A stretch of 64,000 nucleotides of DNA from Candidatus Cryptobacteroides sp. (GTDB taxonomy: Bacteria > Bacteroidota > Bacteroidia > Bacteroidales > UBA932): NCBI GenBank assembly GCA_045615565.1, contig JAZLFC010000009.1, positions 9,947-73,946 on the forward strand. The letters are read 5' to 3'. Positions 56,130 to 64,000 of the stretch are shown here, in pieces (the stretch's first letter is position 1; each line of letters starts with the position of its first letter). The notes under the pieces were generated by a model. The model did not search any database. It was not told where the DNA came from and saw only the letters and a program-made list of their open reading frames with translations. The position numbers and the translations under genes are program-made.

Positions 56130-57287
56130 ATGAAAAAAATAACATTGATCATGGCAGTTGCATTATGCTTCGGAGCATTCACTGCCAATTCACAGGTAAA
56201 GGAAGACTTCGTTCCTTCGACAACAGTTCAGTCCGGCAAGAAATACCCTGCGGTAAATTCCGAAAGATGCGTAAGGGTACAGGTCACCGCAACTGACGCC
56301 CAATCCGTCAAATTGGATATCGGAAGCGTGAAATATGATCTCACCAAGGGAGACAACGGAATATGGACAGGAGAATCCGCACCTCAGGACGAAGGATTCC
56401 ACTATTATCACATCATCGTTGACGGAGCCACAATCCCTGACCCGACCGCCCTTTATTACTATGGTTCCGGACATTGGACAAGCGGTGTGGAAGTACCGGC
56501 ATACGACGATGACTTCTATGCTGTCAAGAACGTACCGCAAGGGCAGGTCCGCGAAATGTTCTATTGGTCGGAATCCTGCAAATCAATGCTCCGCTGCTTC
56601 GTATACACACCTGAAGAGTACGAATACAATTACAGCAAGCGCTACCCTGTCCTCTACATCCAGCACGGCGGCGGAGAAAACGAATACGGATGGGCATCAC
56701 AGGGAAAGGTCGCACAGATTATGGACAACCTTATCGCCGAAGGGAAAGCCCTTCCTTTCATAGTCGTAATGGCGTGCAGTGACGTTCCTGCCCCGCAGGC
56801 TGAAAGACCGTCAGGCCGTCCGGCAGGCGGATTCTCAATGGCAAACTTCGGAGCCGCGTATGACAAGGTGCTCGTAGACGAACTCATCCCTACCATTGAC
56901 AAGACCTTCAGGACCATCAAGGACAGCGAACACCGCGCTATGGCAGGTCTCTCAATGGGAGGAATGATTACAAAGATGGTCACACTCAAGCATCCTGACG
57001 TATTCTCCAACATAGGAATCTTCAGCGGCGGCACCATCACAGTGGCTGATGCGGACAGAACTCCGGGATTCCGCGAGACAAACAAAGTCGTATTCGTAGG
57101 ATTCGGAAGCAAGGAACTCGAGCACAGGGTTCCGGGATTCGGGGACGGTACAGACCCTAAGGAGGAAACTGAGGATGTAAAGGCATCAGGAGTGAACGCT
57201 CATTTCTACGTATCACCGGGCACCGCTCACGAATGGCTCACCTGGCGCCGCTGCCTCTACCAGTTCGCGCAGCTTCTTTTCAAATAG
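56130..57287 (+). CDS. Secreted esterase (alpha/beta hydrolase with CBM48-like N-domain; CE1-like)
   Basis: Signal peptide, GFHYY..VDG..DP, YPVLY..HGGG, AGLSMGG nucleophile and HEW..WRR. TATATTTG at 56100-56107. Confidence 0.9.
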   Translation: MKKITLIMAVALCFGAFTANSQVKEDFVPSTTVQSGKKYPAVNSERCVRVQVTATDAQSVKLDIGSVKYDLTKGDNGIWTGESAPQDEGFHYYHIIVDGATIPDPTALYYYGSGHWTSGVEVPAYDDDFYAVKNVPQGQVREMFYWSESCKSMLRCFVYTPEEYEYNYSKRYPVLYIQHGGGENEYGWASQGKVAQIMDNLIAEGKALPFIVVMACSDVPAPQAERPSGRPAGGFSMANFGAAYDKVLVDELIPTIDKTFRTIKDSEHRAMAGLSMGGMITKMVTLKHPDVFSNIGIFSGGTITVADADRTPGFRETNKVVFVGFGSKELEHRVPGFGDGTDPKEETEDVKASGVNAHFYVSPGTAHEWLTWRRCLYQFAQLLFK

Positions 57288-57328
57288 ACCTATCCCATTG
57301 ATTCTACGAGAACAAGTGACGAAATAAT

Positions 57329-58627
57329 ATGACGGACGGCAGCAGCGGGAAAATGAGCTTGGCTTCCTGCGTCGCCCTGATTGTCGGGGCGTGCGTGGGA
57401 AGCGCTATCTTTTCCATCTCCGGGCTTACCGTGTGGCAGGCAGGTCCGTCAGCTATCCTCAGCTGGATACTGGCTGCCGTCATATATTTCGCATACGGGT
57501 TGATAGTCACCGAACTGGCCGGGCGCTATCCCCGTTCAGGAGGCGTATTCATCTTCCCTCAGAGAGCCATAGGCGGAAGGAAAGGCTCGGTTTGGGGCTT
57601 TATCAGCGCCTGGGGATACATAGTGTCAAACATAGTCGCCATAGCCTTCTCGGCAATTTATTTCAGCATTTTTCTAAAAGCCGGCTTCCCAGGGCTTGAG
57701 TCAGAAACAATCCTGTCCATAGCGGCCTGCCTGCTGGCATTCTTCATCCTGATACCGGGAGGAAGGCAATCCCAGACTATACAGAATGCACTTGTAGTAA
57801 TCCTGCTTGCCACCATAGCCATCTACTGCCTGACAGCTGTATGGGGAGGCTGCATCGAGGCTGACAATTTCAAGGGATTCTTTATCAGGGGCAACGGCGG
57901 ACGGATAGGATTCCTCAGCGCCATCCCTCTGGCAATAGTGGCATACGGAGGTTCAATAGTCATCGCATTCATTGCGGGGGATGTCAGCAAACCTAAAAGG
58001 AATATTCCTCTCGCCCTTATCCTGGGCATCGGTACAGTGACACTGATATACACGGCCGTCATAGTGACCATAGTCGGGACTCTGCCTATGGAAAGCCTGG
58101 AAGAATCGGACGAACTGAAGCTCACTCCCCTTCTGGCTTCAATCAGCGCCGGAAGCCTGAGCGGTTTTCCTTTCCTTACCAAGCTGGTATCAGTCAGCGG
58201 GGCCATAGCGCTGCTCACTACAATGATAGCCCTTCTCAGAGTGAATGCAAGAGCCATACAGGCTGTCGCCGGAGAAAATATGCTTCCTTCTTTCCTTATG
58301 CACGGCAATTCGAAAGGAACACCCACTTCTGCCTTATGCCTTATGTCAGTGATTTGCATTGCGCTTTGTTTCGCCGGAAAATGGGCAATGGAACTTATTT
58401 CACTCGGCGCAGTGCTCAACATATTCACAATGGCCGTGACCTGCATCGCCCATATGAAGTCGCGAGGAAAAATCAGTCCGCTCCCGATAGCGGTGATTGC
58501 CGTTTTTCTTGTCTGCTATATCCCGGAATTCGCCAAGGCGGAACTGTGGATATACACCGCTGCCGTATATGCAGCGGGGGCGGCGATATATGCAATCAGC
58601 AAGAGAAAATGTCAGAGGGCGCTCTGA
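57329..58627 (+). CDS. APC-family amino acid permease
   Basis: GACVGSAIF TM1 motif, P.SGG, AYGG TM6 motif and PKRNIP; about 12 TM. Confidence 0.88.
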   Translation: MTDGSSGKMSLASCVALIVGACVGSAIFSISGLTVWQAGPSAILSWILAAVIYFAYGLIVTELAGRYPRSGGVFIFPQRAIGGRKGSVWGFISAWGYIVSNIVAIAFSAIYFSIFLKAGFPGLESETILSIAACLLAFFILIPGGRQSQTIQNALVVILLATIAIYCLTAVWGGCIEADNFKGFFIRGNGGRIGFLSAIPLAIVAYGGSIVIAFIAGDVSKPKRNIPLALILGIGTVTLIYTAVIVTIVGTLPMESLEESDELKLTPLLASISAGSLSGFPFLTKLVSVSGAIALLTTMIALLRVNARAIQAVAGENMLPSFLMHGNSKGTPTSALCLMSVICIALCFAGKWAMELISLGAVLNIFTMAVTCIAHMKSRGKISPLPIAVIAVFLVCYIPEFAKAELWIYTAAVYAAGAAIYAISKRKCQRAL

Positions 58628-60471
58628 AGGAACGCCACAAAGCCAGGAACACTCAGGTCGTATCCCCGCACCGGAGCAAGAAGATTCCCTTCCGCATCCA
58701 GCAGGGCATAGTTCGGCTGGGCATTGACACCGAAACGCTCCCTTACGATATAAGAATTGACCCTGCCCACATCCTTCAGCACTTTTCCGGAGCCGGTGCG
58801 CAGCCACTTGGACTCCGGCAATGCAGTCTTGTCATCCGTATACAGCACGGCTATCACGAAACGGTCCCTGAGCAGAGAAAGCACTTCAGGATCGCTCCAG
58901 ACCCTTGCTTCCATCTCCCTGCAGTTGACACATCCGTGTCCGCTGATATCCACGAACACAGGCTTTCCCTCTTCTCCGGCACGCAGAAGGGCATCATCAA
59001 TATTGTCATAGCCCGAAAGCCCGTGAGGAAGACTCACCAGTGAACTTTCCGACGGAATCCCTGCAGAAGCAGCCCCGTCGTATCTGCCGACGACAAAATC
59101 CTGGGTTTCCAAAGGCGGGAGATAACCTGACAGCGCCTTCAGCGGAGCGCCCCACATTCCGGGAATCATATAAACCACAAAAGCAAAGTCCGCGATTGCC
59201 AGGGCAAGCCTCTTCACAGAAATGTATTCAAGAGTGTCGTCATTCCTGAATCGGAGTTTCCCCAACAGATAGAAACCGAGCAGGGCAAAGCACACTATCC
59301 ATATGGCCAGATACACTTCCCTGTCCAGGATATGCCAGTGGTAAGTCTGGTCTGCCATACTGAGGAACTTGAATCCAAGTGCAACCTCTATGAAACCCAG
59401 GACGACCTTTACGGAATTGAGCCAGCCTCCGCTTTTGGGAAGTTTCTTGAGAAGTGAAGGGAACAGAGCAAAAAAAGTGAACGGCAGGGCGAACGCCACG
59501 CTGAACGCAAGCATAGTGACCATCGGGGCCCAGAATTCCCCTTGGGTGGACTTGATCAGAACAGTACCTACGATAGGTCCGGTGCAGGAAAATGACACCA
59601 GCACTAGTGTCAGGGCAAGGAAGAACACACCCGCAAGCCCCTTTCTGCCACTGCGGCTGTCAGCGCCGTTGGTCCAACGAGACGGAAGTACGATTTCGAA
59701 AGCTCCGAAAAACGATGCGGCAAAAACCATAAACACTGCAAAGAATATTATGTTCGGAAGCCAGTGGGTAGAGAGCCAGTTGAATATGTCGGCAGTGACG
59801 CTTTCTCCGCCCAGGATTCTGGTGGCGCCGATGATTATGCATATGGGCACAGTATACAGCAGCACTATGAAAAGTCCGTACATAAATGCTTTGAAACGTC
59901 CCTCCGAACGTCTGTCGGAACCCTTCAGGAAAAATGAAACAGTCATAGGCACCATAGGGAAGACGCAAGGGGTCAGCAGCATCGCTATCCCCCACAGTAT
60001 GGCCTCGAGTATCAGAGCCCACAGCGAGCCTGCCCCTGCGTTGCTGCCGGATGAAGGAAGCGGGACATTGAATTCCCATTCTTCAGGACTCCTGCATTCA
60101 TCGCCGATGCAGGACTGCCACACGATGCAGCCTTTCACTGATTCTGCTCCGTCCGACGGGCTCAAGTCCTGCCGGATGACATATCTGCCGCCGGCAACGG
60201 TTTCCCCTTTATATTCAACTGGAGAGAACTCCTCGTAAGGAGTTCCGAGAGGCCGGACTCCGCAGTCGGGATCAAGTTCGATGCAGTTTATCGAAGAACC
60301 GTAGCATATGGGGTGGGTATAGAATCCCTCCGACAGATCTCCTGTCAGGACGAGCGTGAAACAGTTGTCTTCACTTTGTTCCAGATACGCATTCCATTTC
60401 GCGCTGGGACCGGTTCCGGGGAACTGTGCGAAAGCAAGTGAGAGCACAGCAGTCAATATCTTTGCTAGCAT
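58612..60471 (-). CDS. dsbD: Protein-disulfide reductase DsbD family
   Basis: N-domain C-x4-C, TM cysteines LTPCVFP and SFSCTGP, PKSGGWL, thioredoxin CVNC and QP.Y. Confidence 0.9.
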   Translation of the reverse strand: MLAKILTAVLSLAFAQFPGTGPSAKWNAYLEQSEDNCFTLVLTGDLSEGFYTHPICYGSSINCIELDPDCGVRPLGTPYEEFSPVEYKGETVAGGRYVIRQDLSPSDGAESVKGCIVWQSCIGDECRSPEEWEFNVPLPSSGSNAGAGSLWALILEAILWGIAMLLTPCVFPMVPMTVSFFLKGSDRRSEGRFKAFMYGLFIVLLYTVPICIIIGATRILGGESVTADIFNWLSTHWLPNIIFFAVFMVFAASFFGAFEIVLPSRWTNGADSRSGRKGLAGVFFLALTLVLVSFSCTGPIVGTVLIKSTQGEFWAPMVTMLAFSVAFALPFTFFALFPSLLKKLPKSGGWLNSVKVVLGFIEVALGFKFLSMADQTYHWHILDREVYLAIWIVCFALLGFYLLGKLRFRNDDTLEYISVKRLALAIADFAFVVYMIPGMWGAPLKALSGYLPPLETQDFVVGRYDGAASAGIPSESSLVSLPHGLSGYDNIDDALLRAGEEGKPVFVDISGHGCVNCREMEARVWSDPEVLSLLRDRFVIAVLYTDDKTALPESKWLRTGSGKVLKDVGRVNSYIVRERFGVNAQPNYALLDAEGNLLAPVRGYDLSVPGFVAFLQSAL

Positions 60472-60493
60472 ACGTACAATCTTATTACTATGA

Positions 60494-60519
60494 CAAAGTT
60501 ACTATTTTTTGTACATTTG
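60494..60519. promoter_or_regulatory. Back-to-back -7 boxes for dsbD (minus, 60494-60501) and holA (plus, 60512-60519)
   Basis: TAACTTTG (minus) and TACATTTG (plus). Confidence 0.6.
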
Positions 60520-60541
60520 CACGCAAAAACATTCATATCCG

Positions 60542-61582
60542 ATGGCCAGGGAAAAGATTAATCTTGACAATATCTGCGGTGAACTGATTTCTGATGTTCG
60601 CAAAGGCGTGTTCAAGCCCATTTATCTGCTTATGGGTGACGAGCCCTATTACCCGGAAATGGTATGCAAGGCCATCATCGAGAACTGCATTGACGAGGAC
60701 TCGAAAGACTTCAACGAGACCATCTGTTTCGGTGCAGACGTGAATGCAGAGCAGATTGTCACCGCCGCCAGACGCTATCCGATGATGTCCGGCAGGCAGC
60801 TTATTGTCGTCAAGGAGGCCCAGATGATGAAGAGTCTGGAAGATCTCAGTTACTACTGCAGTGACCCCCTGGACACCACGGTGCTTGTAATATTGCTTCA
60901 CGGCGCCAGCGTGGACAAAAGGAAGGTCTTATACAAGTCGGCACTGAAATACGGAGCAGTCATCGACTCCCCCGCAGTAAGGGATTACGAAATAACGAAT
61001 TGGATTATTAATTTCTACAGTTCAAAAGGCCTGTCCATTGACCCTGGAGCCGCCGCACTGCTGGGAGAGCATGCAGGTACGGACCTTTCCACTATCGCGG
61101 TGGAGACAGACAAACTGCTTGGAAACATTCCGGAGGGCACAAAGTATGTTTCAATTGAGGACATTGAGAAGAATGTCGGCATTTCAAGGCAGTACAGCAT
61201 ATTCGAGCTCAACAGGGAAATATCAATGAAGAACGCGGACAAAGCCCTGAAGATTGCCCGTCGCATAGGCACTTCAGCCAAATTCATGATGCCGGCAGCC
61301 GTCAGCGCCCTTTACACCCAATTCTACAGGATACTGAAATATGACGCTCTGATGGAAAGCAAGCGTTTCCCCACTCAGGAGGACAAATCCAGGGTACTTG
61401 GAGTAAACCCTTTCTTTTTCAGGGAATATGACCTCGCAACACGCAACTATCCTACAAAAAGCGCAATGGCAGCCGTAGCTCTGCTGAAAGAATACGACTA
61501 TCTTGCAAAAGGAGGAGATGGCAGCGCCACTCCTCCCGAAGACTTGCTTGTCGAACTGACAGCAAAAATTCTTAACCTGTAA
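60542..61582 (+). CDS. holA: DNA polymerase III delta subunit
   Basis: KPIYLLMGDEPYY, ARRYPMM..RQLIVVKEAQ and IGIS..Y.IFEL. Start at ATG 60542. Confidence 0.92.
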   Translation: MAREKINLDNICGELISDVRKGVFKPIYLLMGDEPYYPEMVCKAIIENCIDEDSKDFNETICFGADVNAEQIVTAARRYPMMSGRQLIVVKEAQMMKSLEDLSYYCSDPLDTTVLVILLHGASVDKRKVLYKSALKYGAVIDSPAVRDYEITNWIINFYSSKGLSIDPGAAALLGEHAGTDLSTIAVETDKLLGNIPEGTKYVSIEDIEKNVGISRQYSIFELNREISMKNADKALKIARRIGTSAKFMMPAAVSALYTQFYRILKYDALMESKRFPTQEDKSRVLGVNPFFFREYDLATRNYPTKSAMAAVALLKEYDYLAKGGDGSATPPEDLLVELTAKILNL

Positions 61583-61585
61583 GGT

Positions 61586-61876
61586 CTAAGCCTCGTATTT
61601 CTTCTCCTTTTCGCGGGTCAGTTTCTCCTTCATCGCATCGACGCACACTGTTATGGCGTCCTCGAATGTTTTGGCAGTGCGCTCGATCAGGAACTCATTG
61701 CCCGGTACTGGAATTTTGATTTTTGCTCCTTTCGCATCTTTCTCGAGGGTAAGCGTCACTTCTGCATCTGTCTCGACTCCTGCCAGGAATTTTTCGAGGC
61801 GTGAAACTTTCTTTTCTACGAATTCGATAAGCTTCTTATCGGCATCGAATTTCAAGGATTTAATCTTGATTTCCAT
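61586..61876 (-). CDS. hpf: Ribosome hibernation promoting factor (HPF/RaiA)
   Basis: MEIKIKSLKFDA..KL..FVEKKV.RLEKF...FEDAI. Follows xerC as in other Bacteroidota. Confidence 0.88.
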   Translation of the reverse strand: MEIKIKSLKFDADKKLIEFVEKKVSRLEKFLAGVETDAEVTLTLEKDAKGAKIKIPVPGNEFLIERTAKTFEDAITVCVDAMKEKLTREKEKKYEA

Positions 61877-62783
61877 TTTTACCTCCGTTTTTTGCCCTTG
61901 GATGGGCGTTAATATAAACTGACTTCAGCCGTTCTATGGAATTGTGCGTATACACCTGTGTAGCGGCGAGGGAAGAGTGCCCCAGCAGCTCCTTTATGGA
62001 ATTGAGGTCCGAGCCGTCGGAAAGAAGCTCCGTAGCCAAAGTGTGCCTGAGCACGTGCGGGGACTTTTTTCCACTCACTCCTTCGACAGAACCCATTTCG
62101 TGCTTGACTATCCTGTCCACAAGGACCGGATAAAGCCGGTTTCCGTTCCTGGTCTGAAGAAGCGGCGCATCACGGGATGAATCGCACTCTTTCAAAGAAT
62201 CAAGCGTTTGTAAATATAATGAAATTTCATCACAAAGAACAGGAATGAGGGGAATTTCTCTCATCTTGTCTCCCTTTCCCATGACACGCATCACACGGCG
62301 GGAAAGGTCAACCGAGCCACGGTTAAGGCCTATCAGCTCGCTTCGGCGTATTCCGGTCCCGTACAGCAGGGAGATGACCGTCCTGTATAGTTTCGCATCA
62401 TACGACCCGAATTCAGGCACCCCTTTGGTCTGTTCGAAATATACTTTCATTGATCCCTCCCTGAAGAATTCGGGAAGACGTTTCTTGTCCTTGGGACTTT
62501 TGACGAGGCGTGCCGGGTTAGAGCTGAGCACGCCGCGTTTGATAAGAAATCTGCAATAACCTCCTATCACGCTCAGATGCATCCTGACCGTACGCGCGGA
62601 GAGTCCTTTCTCATCCAGAAGGAACACTTCGTAATTTCTGATGGAGTCAAGGTCAGGCACGGAACTTTCACCGGGAAGAAATGCGGAGAAGCCTTTCAGG
62701 ACGTCGCTGTAGATTGCAACCGTCCTCTGTGAATACCTCCGAACGGAACGGACGTACCCTATATATTCATCAGTGAGAAGCAT
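61860..62783 (-). CDS. xerC: Tyrosine recombinase XerC
   Basis: Complete catalytic set: GIRRSEL (R), KGDK (K), HVLRH (HxxR), LGH (H) and TQVYTH (Y). Chromosomal xerC-hpf context. Confidence 0.85.
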   Translation of the reverse strand: MLLTDEYIGYVRSVRRYSQRTVAIYSDVLKGFSAFLPGESSVPDLDSIRNYEVFLLDEKGLSARTVRMHLSVIGGYCRFLIKRGVLSSNPARLVKSPKDKKRLPEFFREGSMKVYFEQTKGVPEFGSYDAKLYRTVISLLYGTGIRRSELIGLNRGSVDLSRRVMRVMGKGDKMREIPLIPVLCDEISLYLQTLDSLKECDSSRDAPLLQTRNGNRLYPVLVDRIVKHEMGSVEGVSGKKSPHVLRHTLATELLSDGSDLNSIKELLGHSSLAATQVYTHNSIERLKSVYINAHPRAKNGGKNGNQD

Positions 62784-64000
62784 TCAGTCCCATTTCTAAG
62801 GCCTTACGGCGCATCAGCGCGTCGGCTTCCTCAAAATTGTTGCCGATCACTCCGTCGAGGATAGACTCCTTGACATATTCCTTGAGAATGCCTATTTCAT
62901 GGCAAGGAGGGATGCCGAACAGCTCCATTATATATTCTCCGGAGATAGGATTCTTGAAATTCCTGATCTGATCTTTCGCCTCCACTTCCACAAGCTTGCG
63001 CTTGACCAGTTCGAAATTCGACTTGATTCTGGCCACCTTGACCGGATTCTTGGACGTTATGTCCGCATTGCAGAGCAGCATCAGGTCATCGATATCGTCG
63101 CCCGCGTCGAAAAGAAGCCTTCTGACAGCAGAATCAGTAACTCCGTCATCCACGAGAGCGATGGGTCTCAGGTGCAGCCAGACCAGTTTTTTTACATACT
63201 TGCCGGCATCGACAGGCAGTTTCAGGGAATTGAAGATACCGGTCACCATTCTGGAGCCGATGATCTCATGCCCGTGGAATGACCAGCCGACGGAGGCATC
63301 ATATTTCTTTGATGCAGGCTTGCCTATATCGTGCAGCAGGGCAGCCCATCTCAGATAGAGGAAGTCACCTTCGGTCTTTGCCTCGCTCACATTGTCAAGC
63401 ACCGCGAGAGTGTGCTCGAAATTGTCCTTGTGTCCGCGGCCTTCAACTGTTTCCACACCCTTGAGAGCGGAAAGCCAAGGCATAAGTATGGAAAGGATAC
63501 CACATTCGTCCATAAGCCTGAAAGCCATCGACGGTCTCGGTGTGGAAAGCATCTTGTTGACCTCTTCCGTCACCCTCTCCATGGAAAGTATCTTGATCCT
63601 CCCGGCCATCCTGCGCATGGAATCCACAGATTCCGGCACAATCCTGAAAGTAAGTTCCGGCGTGGAAAGTTTTGTCGCGAACCTTATGGCCCTCAACATG
63701 CGCAGAGGGTCGTCCGAATATGTCGTATCAGGATCAAGAGGGGTTCTGATAATCCCTTCCGTAAGATCCCTGATGCCACCGAACGGATCGACAAGTTCAC
63801 CGAAGGAGTCCTCCTGGAGAGAGAATGCCATGGCGTTGATGGTAAAATCGCGTCTGAGCTGATCGTCTTCAAGAGTTCCGTCTTCAACTATCGGCTTTCT
63901 GGACTCCCGTCTGTATGATTCCTTGCGGGCGCCGACAAATTCCACTTCGTCACCCTTATAATGCAGCATCGCGGTGCCGAAATTCTTGAAATAGGATACG
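62770..64000 (-). CDS. cca: CCA tRNA nucleotidyltransferase with HD domain (5' end off the window)
   Basis: The frame stays open to the edge (VSYFKNFGTAMLHY...). ARKESY, DQLRRDFTINAMA, DDPLRMLRAIRF and LLHDIGK motifs. Confidence 0.9.
   Translation of the reverse strand, partial: VSYFKNFGTAMLHYKGDEVEFVGARKESYRRESRKPIVEDGTLEDDQLRRDFTINAMAFSLQEDSFGELVDPFGGIRDLTEGIIRTPLDPDTTYSDDPLRMLRAIRFATKLSTPELTFRIVPESVDSMRRMAGRIKILSMERVTEEVNKMLSTPRPSMAFRLMDECGILSILMPWLSALKGVETVEGRGHKDNFEHTLAVLDNVSEAKTEGDFLYLRWAALLHDIGKPASKKYDASVGWSFHGHEIIGSRMVTGIFNSLKLPVDAGKYVKKLVWLHLRPIALVDDGVTDSAVRRLLFDAGDDIDDLMLLCNADITSKNPVKVARIKSNFELVKRKLVEVEAKDQIRNFKNPISGEYIMELFGIPPCHEIGILKEYVKESILDGVIGNNFEEADALMRRKALEMGLNASH

Noticed and set aside
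55861-56145. 94-aa minus-strand ORF with a YD-like patch (EYHFSYDESG)
   Set aside because: It overlaps ybaK and the esterase promoter and start; not called as a CDS, and the region is kept only as a low-interest finding.
61860-62783. Tyrosine recombinase as a possible phage/ICE integrase
   Set aside because: XerC size and motifs, flanked by cca and hpf; no att repeats, tRNA junction or cargo genes.

Overview
A densely packed stretch of core chromosome from a Bacteroidales bacterium. The assignment rests on about 24 TAnnTTTG (-7) promoter boxes, a T9SS C-terminal domain, a split 5'-nucleotidase, a type-B L31 and a histone H1-like peptide. A gut/rumen RC9/Cryptobacteroides-like lineage is my inference. 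I count about 56 CDS, two partial at the window edges (potC, cca), and two tRNAs (Phe-GAA, Glu-CTC). Contents: polyamine ABC operon led by a porin, GH97, GH2, CstA, PriA, MtnN, L31, GH171-like, GlmM, two S9 peptidases, Kbl/Tdh/Rid, trigger factor, 7TM-HD, GyrB, TPR + OM barrel, FtsE, Nth, Pgm, PorV-like + S8, RecD-like, TrkH, ROK, GlnS, EamA, HMA + TBDR, YicC, 5'-nucleotidase pair, ABC-2 pair, YbaK, esterase, APC permease, DsbD, HolA, HPF, XerC and CCA enzyme. I saw no prophage, IS, CRISPR array or defence island. The most unusual signal is systematic protein miniaturisation. PriA appears to lack the Walker A, DExH and Zn-finger motifs, trigger factor appears to lack its PPIase domain, both S9 peptidases look propeller-shortened, GH97 is clipped, and a 78-aa ORF looks like a collapsed ATP-grasp gene. 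Gene overlaps are frequent and several mRNAs look leaderless. Two candidate small systems also stand out: an output-less 4HB-HAMP sensor coupled to TrkH, and a lipidated subtilase with a T9SS CTD coupled to its own PorV-like gene. All family calls and reference lengths are from motif recognition and recall, not from database searches.
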